DNA of 64,000 bases, from contig JBDLRP010000021.1 in the NCBI GenBank assembly GCA_039799905.1, positions 128,001-192,000 on the forward strand, in the 5' to 3' direction. The position numbers and the translations under genes are program-made. Shown piece after piece: positions 1-9,318 of the stretch (positions are counted from its first letter, which is position 1; every line of letters starts with the position of its first letter). Source of the stretch: Pseudomonadota bacterium (GTDB lineage Bacteria > Bdellovibrionota_B > Oligoflexia > Silvanigrellales > Silvanigrellaceae). Below the pieces are notes generated by a model that was not told where the DNA came from, searched no databases, and saw nothing but the letters and a program-made list of their open reading frames with translations.

Positions 1-97
1 GCACTGACTCGGGGCTGAAATCTTTTCATCAAGTACTCACTGCAGTTCTTTCATCATGTCTAACAGTGCCTGAGTGCATTGGAAGGACGTGAATTGA

Positions 98-1189
98 ATG
101 GCGCCTTCGCTGTTGAGCCTATTTAAGAGCAACTCCAGTATACAGCTGGGCATCGATGTCGGTGCTTCAGCTGTAAAAGTCGTTGCACTCGAAAAATCAG
201 GACGGAGTTACAAGCTCCTCGGACTCGGCTGGGAGGAGACTCCGCCGGGATGTGTCGTCGACGGAAGTTTGAGCGACACAAAGACAATCGCGCGGGTTGT
301 GACAGATGCACTTCGGCAAACCAAACTGTCATTCAAAGGCGCGTCAGCAACTGTCGGCCTGCGCGGAATCAACGTCGTTTTCAAACGGATTTCGATTCCC
401 TTTCAGGGAGTCGCAGAGATCGGCAAGCAAGTGGTTCTGGAAGCCCAGCAACATGTCGATTCCGATCTCGCGAATTGGGAAATCGACTATGAACCCATCG
501 GTGAACCGACGACCGAAGGTCAGCTGCAGATTCTATTGGTCGCGGCGCGAAAAAGCGTCGTCGAACAGTATGTCGAAATGCTCAAGCAAGTGGGCGTCCG
601 CCCTGCAGTACTGGACTGCGACGCATTTGCCATTTCAAATTCGTTTGAACAAGTTATGCCGGAAGGCGCGCGCACAAATTTGTGTGTTGACGTTGGTCGC
701 GACAGCACAAAAATCCACCTCTCTGTTGGTGGCATGACCAACATCATAAGAAGCCTGCCGGTTGGCGGCTCGCACTTCACGGACCTGCTCTCAAGACAGT
801 TGGGCATCAGCCACACTGAGGCCGAGACGCTCAAGTGGAGTGTGGGCAACCCGGAATTCGTCGCAGGGCATCCGCAGGTTGAGGAAATCTGCAGACAACA
901 CACCTCGGAACTCTGTGAAGAAATAAAAAAGACAATGGAATTCTACGCGGGAATGGAAACCAACGCGGCCATTCGAGAAATCGATTCCATCGTGCTGTCG
1001 GGCGGCGGTTCGGTCGTCCCGGGCCTCAGCGAGGAAATAAGCAACCTGCTGAACGCGGACACCGTTTATGCAACACCTTTTCGCGGTATGGAGTTGAGTT
1101 CAAAAGACCAAGAGAATGTCACATCGCGATACTCGCATCAATTTGCGGTCGCAACGGGTCTGGCCCTTCGCAGGGAGGGCGATAAATAA
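98..1189 (+). CDS. pilM: Type IV pilus assembly protein PilM (FtsA/actin-like)
   Basis: LGIDVGASAVKVV phosphate-1 motif, VDVGRDST phosphate-2 motif, LSGGGS, and C-terminal FAVATGLALR; first gene of an MNOPQ-ordered operon. Confidence 0.95.
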   Translation: MAPSLLSLFKSNSSIQLGIDVGASAVKVVALEKSGRSYKLLGLGWEETPPGCVVDGSLSDTKTIARVVTDALRQTKLSFKGASATVGLRGINVVFKRISIPFQGVAEIGKQVVLEAQQHVDSDLANWEIDYEPIGEPTTEGQLQILLVAARKSVVEQYVEMLKQVGVRPAVLDCDAFAISNSFEQVMPEGARTNLCVDVGRDSTKIHLSVGGMTNIIRSLPVGGSHFTDLLSRQLGISHTEAETLKWSVGNPEFVAGHPQVEEICRQHTSELCEEIKKTMEFYAGMETNAAIREIDSIVLSGGGSVVPGLSEEISNLLNADTVYATPFRGMELSSKDQENVTSRYSHQFAVATGLALRREGDK

Positions 1190-1854
1190 TGATTCGCATA
1201 AACCTTGCGCCACAGGTTGATCAGACCGTCGGAAGAAACAGTCTTGCGCTGCATGCGAGCATCGTAATTTTATTGTGCTTTGGAGCGTATCTTGGAATTG
1301 AATATCACTCCAACAGTCTCGACGCGCGGGCACAGGAGATAGACGATAAAATCGCCGAACTGCAAAACTCCAAGAGCAGCTTGAACAAAGAAATTGAGAG
1401 AACCAAAGAGATTCGTGCAAGAACTGAACAAATAAAAACCCGATCCGCTCGCGTTCGACAGCTGGGTGAAGGACGAAAAATTGCAATAATCTTGTTAGAC
1501 AGTCTTCAATCTAAGCATCCAGAACGAATGTGGTTCACAAAAATTTCCTATTCGCTAAAAAACAAAAGTCTCGTGCTCAACGGCTACGCCCTCGATCACA
1601 CGGTCATTGCCGACTATATGAAACGACTCAAAGAGATTGGAAAAATCGACACTACCGACGCAAGTGAAATGAAGGACTTCATTCCGCCGCAGCTGCTCAA
1701 TTCAGATTTGAAACAATCCTCCGTTACAGTACCGGTCAGAAGTGAGGTGCAAAAACTCGACCAAGTCACTTTGAAACAGCTCGTCAGCAGCGAGGAACTG
1801 CAGGGCGTCACCCTGCAGAAGTTCGAAATCAGCATTCGCATCACCGATGGGTAA
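1189..1854 (+). CDS. pilN: Type IV pilus assembly protein PilN
   Basis: N-terminal MIRINLAP (INLLP-like PilM-binding motif), one TM helix, coiled coil, PERMWFTKI core; TAATG stop/start overlap with pilM. Confidence 0.9.
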   Translation: MIRINLAPQVDQTVGRNSLALHASIVILLCFGAYLGIEYHSNSLDARAQEIDDKIAELQNSKSSLNKEIERTKEIRARTEQIKTRSARVRQLGEGRKIAIILLDSLQSKHPERMWFTKISYSLKNKSLVLNGYALDHTVIADYMKRLKEIGKIDTTDASEMKDFIPPQLLNSDLKQSSVTVPVRSEVQKLDQVTLKQLVSSEELQGVTLQKFEISIRITDG

Positions 1855-1861
1855 TTAGTTT

Positions 1862-2683
1862 ATGTCAGATATCGTCCGCCAATATGAGCAGTTCCCGATT
1901 GCGTTCAAGTTGCTGGGCGCATTGCTCTTCGTTGCCGGAACCTCTTACATGGCATGGGAAGAATTTATGGTCCCCAAACTCGTCGTCATAGAAGAGAAGG
2001 AACAAAATCGTACAACCATAGAAGCAGAGCTAAAGGCTCTCAACAACAGCCTGGTGAGTCCGGTCAGTCTGGAAGAAGAACTCTCACTTGCGAATCGGGA
2101 GTTCCGCAGGTTGGTCGAGCTGCTGCCTCAGGATTCTTCTGTAGACCGAGTACTGAATGATTTTGCGAGTCTTTCCAGAGTCACAGGCACAGAAATCCGA
2201 GAATTTATCCCCAGTGCCGAACTCAATGCACTCGCAACGATTGGCGGCAACGGGCAGGCAGTGGTGCAACCTACCGGCAACACAAATACACAAACTGCAA
2301 ACCAAAACAAAGCTGTTGTTGAACTCGAGGAGACAAATGCAATTGGCCTGCAGATGAAGATGCAGGGTACATTTCCAGCCATTGTCTCGTTTTTGGACAT
2401 GGCAATGGCAATTCCGCGCGTGGTGCGAATTCAGGATTTTGAAATTATTAATGCAGACAAAGAAGTCAAACTGACACAAAAACCAAAACTGACTTTCAAC
2501 GGTTTGTTTTATGCGTACTTTCAAAAACCTGGAATTGCTGATGCAGCGCCCGAGAATTCCGAAGCAACGCCAACTGGAAAATCCAAAAGTCCAACAGCAG
2601 CAATCAGCAAGCCGGCAGTGGATCTAAATGAGGTTCTGGACAAGTCTTTTTCAGCGAAGCCGGCAAACGGAGAACAGCGATGA
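1862..2683 (+). CDS. pilO: Type IV pilus assembly protein PilO
   Basis: TM helix, coiled coil, LLP..SVDRVLNDF and GTFPAIVSFLD..IPRVV motifs; operon position. Confidence 0.88.
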   Translation: MSDIVRQYEQFPIAFKLLGALLFVAGTSYMAWEEFMVPKLVVIEEKEQNRTTIEAELKALNNSLVSPVSLEEELSLANREFRRLVELLPQDSSVDRVLNDFASLSRVTGTEIREFIPSAELNALATIGGNGQAVVQPTGNTNTQTANQNKAVVELEETNAIGLQMKMQGTFPAIVSFLDMAMAIPRVVRIQDFEIINADKEVKLTQKPKLTFNGLFYAYFQKPGIADAAPENSEATPTGKSKSPTAAISKPAVDLNEVLDKSFSAKPANGEQR

Positions 2684-3129
2684 GTTGCATCAAATCTTGC
2701 AAAAGTCGATTCTTCATTGCGACGCTCCTCGCCTGTTTGTGCGCAGGCTATACATACAGACCAGAGGGAAAACCGGACCCATTTGCCCCTCTTTCGCTGA
2801 TTCGTCCGACACTCTCTGGCACAACAAGACTTCAACAGCACGAAATCGCAGAATTTGAGCTCGTGGGAACACTCTTCGGCAAAGAGCCGTCAGCCTTGCT
2901 GATGACTCCCGATCCCAAAGAGGGAATTGTTGCGCGTGTCGGCGACCGTATCGGCCGACATGGCGGCCGTATTGTTTCCATTACGCGTGACCGAGTTTTG
3001 ACCCGTGAACCATCCGTCAATTCGGTGCCCGGTCAAAACATCCAGTTCACCGACATCGTGATTCCAATTTCAAAATCCAAGTTGACCGAAGCTCCCAAGG
3101 AGAAGGCAAATGAAGTTGCACCAAGATAG
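2680..3129 (+). CDS. pilP: Type IV pilus assembly protein PilP
   Basis: YRPEGKPDPF motif, FELVGT..ALL and VGDRIGRHGGRIVSIT; ATGA overlap with pilO. Confidence 0.88.
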   Translation: MSCIKSCKSRFFIATLLACLCAGYTYRPEGKPDPFAPLSLIRPTLSGTTRLQQHEIAEFELVGTLFGKEPSALLMTPDPKEGIVARVGDRIGRHGGRIVSITRDRVLTREPSVNSVPGQNIQFTDIVIPISKSKLTEAPKEKANEVAPR

Positions 3130-5104
3130 TAGAACACCGGTAGCTTCAATTCTTCTTCTGAGCGTGCCGCTTGTCTTCACAGCAGCACGTGCTCTGGGGC
3201 AAGGAAATGGCTACTCTGTTCCGCCGCCACAAGTGAATAACAGCAACTACGGCGTCGAACAGTCACAAATCAACACCGCAACAAACACCTCAGATGCGAC
3301 AAAAGTCGCGGAGACGACTGGTTCAGCGGAAGGCAACCTCATCTCTCTTGAATACAGAAACGCCCCATTGATTGAAGTGATTCGGACTTTGGCTGAAGGC
3401 GCAAATATAAACGTGACACTCTCGTCCGAAGTCGAGCGTGGCAGCCCCGTTACAATCAGGCTCAACAAAGTTACCTATGAACAAGCCATCAAAGCAATTC
3501 TCGATACATATAAATTTGGGTCAATTTACGAAAACGGGATTTTGAAGATCGACACTCTGGCGAATCTCAATGCCCAACGTGAAGCGCTGCTCAAGGAAAA
3601 GGAAGCGTCTTGGAAACTTCTTCCAACAAAACGTCTTGTCTGGCAGGTAAACTACGCAAAGGCTGTTGAGCTGCAGCCGATTCTCGACACCATGCTCAAA
3701 GGATATAAAATCGATCCGCGTTTTTCGATTGTTGCCGACAAGCGAACCAATAAGCTTATTATCGAAGGTATTAACGACGCTCTCGTTGAAACAAAAGCAA
3801 TTCTTGAAAATCTCGACAAACGAAAACAACAGGTCCTCATCGAGGCAAGAATTGTTGAAGCGAGCAATGAACTTTCCAAAACACTCAGCGTTACGTGGGG
3901 AACCCGATTTGGTTTTGACGGAAACCGCGGTTTGGCGAATGGACTAATCTTTCCCAACTCACTGACAGGAAACATTGGTGGCGCCGGAGCGTTAGGCGGA
4001 AGCGCACCAGCCCCCGGTCTGGCCAATTCACCGACTCAGCTTGGAACACTTCAATTCACGGTCGGCTCAATCAACAACCTGGTCAATATCGATGCTGTTT
4101 TGCGCGCCTATGAAACGGAATCTCTGGCGAACGTCATCGCATCGCCGCGGGTTGTCGTTCAGGATCAGGAAAAGGCCGTCATCAATGAAGATGTCAGTCT
4201 CTCGCGCTCGGTATTGGGTCCGGACGGCAAGCCGGAAGGACGAAACACGGTAGCTTCACTAAGCCTACAGGTGTCACCGCAGGTGACATCAGAAAACACT
4301 CTTGAGTTGGATATCAACGTCACAAGACAAACCCCGACCAACCCGCCGACCGATCCGGTTCAAGGGTCAATCAAAAGAACAGCAAACACAAAGTTGATTG
4401 TCGCGAACGGAGAAACTGCGGTGATCGGCGGTCTGTATCAGACACAAAAATTTAAAGGACAGGGCAGAGTCCCAATCCTTGGAAGATTGCCGATCATTGG
4501 AGCGCTGTTCAGAACCAATGAAGAACAAACCTTTCGCAGTGAGCTCATGGTTCTCATAACACCCCGCATTTTGCCCGGTGGTCAAGGTCGTCCGGCTGCC
4601 AAAGCAGATCTGCCATTGCTCAACGGTTCAACAAACACCGGTGGAGAAAACGGCTTTGGAAACTCAAATGGTGGGAATGATTTCTCGAACAACGCCAATT
4701 CCAACAATGGCAACAGTGCCGGCAACACGGCCGCGCCGTTCAACAACGGCGCAGCGGCAGGCAAAACCAATGTGGTGACGCCTCCACCTGCCGGTGGAGC
4801 CAACAATCTGGGCGACGCAAATGACTTCGGAACCAACGTTGGAGGCGGAGGCAACGGCGCTGACCTGGGCAATGCGGGCGGCAATACAACCAATGCTGCA
4901 AACAACCTTGGCGGTACAAACAACCTGAACAACCTCAACGGCGGCGGCAACAACACTGGCGGCAACTCAGGCGGAGACGGCGCCGGCAACGATGCGGGCG
5001 ATTTGAACAACCTTGGCAACAATGGCGGAGGCAACGCTCCGGCCAATGACAACGGTGCGTCGGGAGGCAACAACCTCAACAACCTCAACGGAGGTGACTT
5101 TTGA
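3110..5104 (+). CDS. pilQ: Type IV pilus secretin PilQ with a long Gly/Asn-rich C-terminal extension
   Basis: N0 domain ISLEYRNAPL, N3 domain VNYAKA..DKRTNKLII, QVLIEARIVEA, and secretin signature GETAVIGGL..VPILGRLPIIGALFR..ELMVLITPRI. Confidence 0.95.
   Translation: MKLHQDSRTPVASILLLSVPLVFTAARALGQGNGYSVPPPQVNNSNYGVEQSQINTATNTSDATKVAETTGSAEGNLISLEYRNAPLIEVIRTLAEGANINVTLSSEVERGSPVTIRLNKVTYEQAIKAILDTYKFGSIYENGILKIDTLANLNAQREALLKEKEASWKLLPTKRLVWQVNYAKAVELQPILDTMLKGYKIDPRFSIVADKRTNKLIIEGINDALVETKAILENLDKRKQQVLIEARIVEASNELSKTLSVTWGTRFGFDGNRGLANGLIFPNSLTGNIGGAGALGGSAPAPGLANSPTQLGTLQFTVGSINNLVNIDAVLRAYETESLANVIASPRVVVQDQEKAVINEDVSLSRSVLGPDGKPEGRNTVASLSLQVSPQVTSENTLELDINVTRQTPTNPPTDPVQGSIKRTANTKLIVANGETAVIGGLYQTQKFKGQGRVPILGRLPIIGALFRTNEEQTFRSELMVLITPRILPGGQGRPAAKADLPLLNGSTNTGGENGFGNSNGGNDFSNNANSNNGNSAGNTAAPFNNGAAAGKTNVVTPPPAGGANNLGDANDFGTNVGGGGNGADLGNAGGNTTNAANNLGGTNNLNNLNGGGNNTGGNSGGDGAGNDAGDLNNLGNNGGGNAPANDNGASGGNNLNNLNGGDF
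4574..5101 (+). repeat. Low-complexity Gly/Asn-rich coding region with recurring NNL(G/N) and NNLNNLNGG units
   Basis: aac/ggc-rich DNA; NNLNNLNGGG occurs twice near the PilQ C-terminus and NNLG recurs. Confidence 0.85.
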
Positions 5105-5649
5105 AAAAATTCCCTTGTTCTCGCTTTTCACAAAGCACATTCAAACTGGGATGTTTATTGATTCCCGTGTTGACCTTTTTGGGAATTCAGAGCTGCTCGA
5201 CAGTGGAGGAAGGCACGGGCCGCTGCAAGGCGTTCAAGGACCCGAAGTACGTTGCTTCATCACAGGACACTGACGGCAAAAAATGGCAGCTCTTGGTAAC
5301 TCCTGATGTTGTCGACCTCAAGTGTGATTCCAAGGGTGCTGTAGGAGAGCTTTATTTCACTGCAACGGTCCTTGATGGACAGGGATTTACCAAACCTGCG
5401 CTTGCGATCGAAGGACAGTTTGTTGGATCGATCCAGTCGGCAGATGGAGGCGGATTCGCCAAAGTAAAGGACGAAAGTGACAGTGCGACCGACTCGTGCG
5501 GAACGGCGGTCTTTAAATACACATGGACCTGTCCCGACGCAAAAAAGTCAACGGGAGGGTTCTTTTACGGAACCAGCGGACCCTTGGCGAGCAAGGCTGT
5601 CAAGGTTACACTCGAGCACATTGTCCAGCAGGATCAGATCATCAGATAA
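5101..5649 (+). CDS. Hypothetical lipoprotein with a Big-1/invasin-like Ig-fold pattern
   Basis: TTG start overlapping the pilQ stop; lipobox-like GIQS-C; FTATVLDGQG...ATDSCGTAVFKYT resembles bacterial Ig-like group 1 domains. Confidence 0.6.
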   Translation: MKKFPCSRFSQSTFKLGCLLIPVLTFLGIQSCSTVEEGTGRCKAFKDPKYVASSQDTDGKKWQLLVTPDVVDLKCDSKGAVGELYFTATVLDGQGFTKPALAIEGQFVGSIQSADGGGFAKVKDESDSATDSCGTAVFKYTWTCPDAKKSTGGFFYGTSGPLASKAVKVTLEHIVQQDQIIR

Positions 5650-5742
5650 TGACATCTTTACCTCTGTTCTGATCGCCGCGGCTTTCTGCTATTCTGGAGA
5701 GGTTCTCAGGAACCATTCTTCTCGAGCGAGGATACCGCCCGC

Positions 5743-7065
5743 ATGGCTTTGAACTTCAAATCCCTTTGGTCTCAACTCAGCGGTCTCACTCCCCAAGAAA
5801 AAGAGCTGATCGATCAGTTCGACAAAGATCCCAAAGCAACAACCCTCGTGGCATCGTCAGACATCCTACGTAAGCGCGGTTACATCGATGAAGCCATCGT
5901 CCTGCTCGAGGATACGGTCAAACGCTTTCCAAATTACATGGCAGCACGCGTGGCACTCGGGCGAGACTACTATTCGCGTGGAATGTTCAGCGAGGCACAA
6001 AAGGAAATTGAGCTGGCCCTATCGCAGTCCATGGAAAATCTGATGGCACAGCGCCTGCAGCTCAAACTCTCTTTGCTCAATCACGATCAAGCAAAAGTCC
6101 TGACCACGGTCGAAGTTCTTCGTGCGCTGACACCCATGGACGAATTCACCCGCTCCGCAAAAGAGTACATCGATCTGGGTGACTTTACATCGGCGCGCAA
6201 TATCGTACTCGCCGATCTCCGGCGTTTTGGTATCACTCCGCCCGACGGGCAAAATACGCAGAGTAAATCGGATTCAACCCAGCAGACTCAGCCGCAGTTG
6301 CGCAGCGCTTCAGCTGTTCCATTCTCGCTCAACCAGCAAACTGCAGCTCCGCAATCGGTCGTGACAGAAAATCAATCTGCAGCGAAAAATGAGGAGTGGA
6401 AAGTTCCAAGTGCACAGTCTGATTCTACAGCGAACAGCTTTACTCGACCCGCCGTTGGTTCAGACGGACTGCTGAATTTCGGCTCAGGTGGAGTGAGCGT
6501 TCAGCCGGCTTTGCTCGACAATTCTGGAATCTTTGCCGACCTTCCGCCGTGGATCAATGAACAATTGTTGCCGCCGGCCTTCACACCAGGCTCAGGACTC
6601 GCCAATGTCCGCGGCGACCTCGATCGCTATCTGCAACTGCGTGCATTCCGGCTGATTACGTCTCCGGAGGCATTTTCACGCAAACGCGCACTGCAGCAAG
6701 CATACAGCCTCGAGAGCACGACACTTGCCGACATCTATGCAAGTCAGGGACATTTTGAACGAGCGATCAGCATCTATGAACGTCTTCTCAAAGAGAATCC
6801 GAGTCAGCTTTCGCTCAGGCAGAAACTCGACAAACTTCAGGAAGACGCAAAACAAGCTGCAGCGGAGCGTTATGGAGCTCCGCAGACTCCCGCACGTCCG
6901 CAGGCACCATCGCAGTCCGCTGCACAGGCTGAGCGTGAACGCAAACTAAAATTCCTCGAAGCCTTGCTCAAAAAGATGGACGACCGTGTCGATTCCCACA
7001 ATACGGTTCCACAAAACACTGCGGTCCAATGGCCCGACGAAACCAGACCACGGGGTGAAAAATGA
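5743..7065 (+). CDS. TPR-repeat protein with N- and C-terminal TPRs and a disordered linker
   Basis: EAIVLLEDTVKRFPNYMAARVALGRDY and TTLADIYASQGHFERAISIYERLLKENP TPR patterns. Confidence 0.8.
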   Translation: MALNFKSLWSQLSGLTPQEKELIDQFDKDPKATTLVASSDILRKRGYIDEAIVLLEDTVKRFPNYMAARVALGRDYYSRGMFSEAQKEIELALSQSMENLMAQRLQLKLSLLNHDQAKVLTTVEVLRALTPMDEFTRSAKEYIDLGDFTSARNIVLADLRRFGITPPDGQNTQSKSDSTQQTQPQLRSASAVPFSLNQQTAAPQSVVTENQSAAKNEEWKVPSAQSDSTANSFTRPAVGSDGLLNFGSGGVSVQPALLDNSGIFADLPPWINEQLLPPAFTPGSGLANVRGDLDRYLQLRAFRLITSPEAFSRKRALQQAYSLESTTLADIYASQGHFERAISIYERLLKENPSQLSLRQKLDKLQEDAKQAAAERYGAPQTPARPQAPSQSAAQAERERKLKFLEALLKKMDDRVDSHNTVPQNTAVQWPDETRPRGEK

Positions 7066-7550
7066 TAAAAATCCTCCTCATCCATGGTCCGAATCTCGGT
7101 TTACTTGGCCGGCGTGAGCCAAAGACCTACGGTCATGAAACACAAGAAGATCTGCTCGAACGAGTAAAGCGCGAATGTTCTCCGTCACGCTATGAAGTGG
7201 AGTTGGTACAATCCAACCACGAAGGTGTCGTGCTCGATGTTCTCAATCAGATTGTCCGCGACTACCATGCCGGCAGCTCGCCGGTCGGTGGAATACTTAT
7301 CAATCCAGGCGCTTGGACCCACACAAGTATTGCCCTGCGTGATGCGCTGTCCATGGTTCAGGAAACAGGTCTTCCGGTCATTGAAATTCACCTGAGCAAC
7401 ACGGCAGCGCGCGAAGAATTCCGACACGCCTCTATGGTTGCTCCGGTCGTCACCGGAGGAGTCGTCGGACTTGGCGCCGCAGGCTACACCGCGGCAGCAC
7501 GTGCGCTGGTCGAACTGATTCAAAAGAAATCAAACGTCAGAGGTCGATAA
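7062..7550 (+). CDS. aroQ: Type II 3-dehydroquinate dehydratase
   Basis: HGPNLGLLGRREP..YG, QSNHEG, INPGAWTHTSIALRDAL, EIHLSN..REEFRH.S. Confidence 0.97.
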   Translation: MIKILLIHGPNLGLLGRREPKTYGHETQEDLLERVKRECSPSRYEVELVQSNHEGVVLDVLNQIVRDYHAGSSPVGGILINPGAWTHTSIALRDALSMVQETGLPVIEIHLSNTAAREEFRHASMVAPVVTGGVVGLGAAGYTAAARALVELIQKKSNVRGR

Positions 7551-8642
7551 ATGAGAATCCCGCTTATCAAGTTTAACCCGTATAATTTTGTACCCGTCAG
7601 CCGGACGCCTTGGGCAGGCCAGCTGATTGGAATAAGCAAAGTGAAAGGTCTGCCCGAGCCCAAGGGCGGATGGCCAGAGCGAATCGGAGAAAGTTGGGAG
7701 GTTTCGACAGACGCACAGTTTCCATCAACAGTTGTGTCTGCAAACATTCCTTCAGATAAACAGTTCTTTCTGACAGACTTGCTGAAGAATGATTCTGAAT
7801 ATTATCTCGGCTCACGGATGGCGCGCGACTTCGGATCCCATTGTCCGCTCCTACTCAAATGGCTCAATGCAAAAGAACCTTTGTCGGTTCAGGTTCATCC
7901 AAAGCATTCACACCCGATGCTCAAAGACAACGAATGCGGCAAGCCGGAAAGCTGGCTGGTTCTGAACAATTCAAACGGCGAAGGCTACGTATTTTTGGGC
8001 TTTAAGGATGGCCTCAGCAAAGACGAAATCATGACCGCGCTGCGTCAGGACCGTCCACGAGATGTCATGCACGTGGTCTATCCCAAGGTTGGAGATTACA
8101 TCTCCATCCCCACCGGATGCGTGCATGCCACTGGTCCCGGCGTTCTCATTGCAGAACCACAGTATGTTCTGCCTGCGAAGGCGGGAAAGACATGGCGACT
8201 CTCTGATTGGGGACGCCTTTACAACAGCAAAGGTGAGCAGGATCCACAGGGCCAACCGCGCGAGCTTCACATCAATGACGCGCTCAGCGCCATCGACTGG
8301 GAACTGCCACGCGGCAAAGATCTCGAACAGCTGCTGATTCGCAGACTCACACACGGACAAATCTTCCCTGGCAACCTACACAACCCGTTCCCTGTTCAGT
8401 ACTTCTGCAAGGCAGGAATCTATAAGTACTCGCCAATCGTCTCGGAGCAATTCTCTTTGGTGACGTGCTGGGAGGGCAAGATCCAGCTCATCGGCAAAGA
8501 CGGCGATGCCATCGTCCTGCGCGCCGGTGAAAGTGGTATGATAGCGGCGGGTGCCGGTGAAATCACCGTGGCACTTGAGGAACCCATCCCGCTACTCCGT
8601 CCAGAATGTGCTTTTTTTGCCTTTCAACCGATGTATCAGTGA
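7551..8642 (+). CDS. manA: Class I mannose-6-phosphate isomerase (cupin)
   Basis: PWAG, IGESWEVS, PLLLKWLNAKEPLSVQVHP, KPESW, IPTGCVHA, RELHI. Confidence 0.85.
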   Translation: MRIPLIKFNPYNFVPVSRTPWAGQLIGISKVKGLPEPKGGWPERIGESWEVSTDAQFPSTVVSANIPSDKQFFLTDLLKNDSEYYLGSRMARDFGSHCPLLLKWLNAKEPLSVQVHPKHSHPMLKDNECGKPESWLVLNNSNGEGYVFLGFKDGLSKDEIMTALRQDRPRDVMHVVYPKVGDYISIPTGCVHATGPGVLIAEPQYVLPAKAGKTWRLSDWGRLYNSKGEQDPQGQPRELHINDALSAIDWELPRGKDLEQLLIRRLTHGQIFPGNLHNPFPVQYFCKAGIYKYSPIVSEQFSLVTCWEGKIQLIGKDGDAIVLRAGESGMIAAGAGEITVALEEPIPLLRPECAFFAFQPMYQ

Positions 8643-8653
8643 GGCACCTTCCC

Positions 8654-9262
8654 GTGGCAGTCATCAACGAAGAAACCAACGAAATACATCTCAAAATCCT
8701 TTTAATTGGCGCACAAGGCGCAGGCAAAACCACACACCTGCAAAGCCTGTACAAACAAACAGCCGGCGACCTTGCGACTCGGCTCTTCGACCTCCACGGC
8801 GTGTCCAGCCGCAATCCTTTTTTTGATTTTCTTCCGCTCACACTGGGTAAACACCACAGCCATGACGTGCGGGCTCATTTATATACGCTACCTCATCACA
8901 ATCTGCTCGACTCCATGAATCTCGCATTGCTGGCTGGAGCAGACGGCGCAGTGTTCATCGTTGACAGCAGACTTTCCAAGCTGCCGCAGAGTTCCGAGAA
9001 ATTCACAAAACTAAAAGAGTACGTGCGACTTGCGCACAAATCGATTGCCGACTTCCCGATCGTCGTGCAGTTCAACCACCGCGACGACCCACAGGCAGTC
9101 CCAATGGATGCGCTTCGAATCGCATTCCATTTGGAAAATTCACCGACTGTCGAATCAGTTGCGGTGCAAGACATCGGCACAGTCGAGAGCCTTGATGCAC
9201 TGACTGACATGATCCTCAACCACATGGAAGTGCCGGCACCACTTGACGCTGGATTAGTCTAA
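8654..9262 (+). CDS. mglA: MglA-family small GTPase with degenerate G2/G3/G4 motifs
   Basis: GTG start after GAGG; collinear with MglA (INxxxxEIxxKI, GAQGAGKTT, FFDFLPL, HLYT, GADGAVFIVDS, VVQFNHRD). Confidence 0.8.
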   Translation: MAVINEETNEIHLKILLIGAQGAGKTTHLQSLYKQTAGDLATRLFDLHGVSSRNPFFDFLPLTLGKHHSHDVRAHLYTLPHHNLLDSMNLALLAGADGAVFIVDSRLSKLPQSSEKFTKLKEYVRLAHKSIADFPIVVQFNHRDDPQAVPMDALRIAFHLENSPTVESVAVQDIGTVESLDALTDMILNHMEVPAPLDAGLV

Positions 9263-9318
9263 ATACATTCATCGATAGACGAGCATGCGTGCAGGCTTCA
9301 GCAGAGCAGGGATGAAGT

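Noticed and set aside
4582..5088. Leu/Pro-rich 168-aa minus-strand ORF; tandem-looking DNA resembling an array
   Set aside because: It is the reverse complement of the PilQ Gly/Asn tail; the repeats are codon-level, with no constant repeat-spacer period, so not CRISPR
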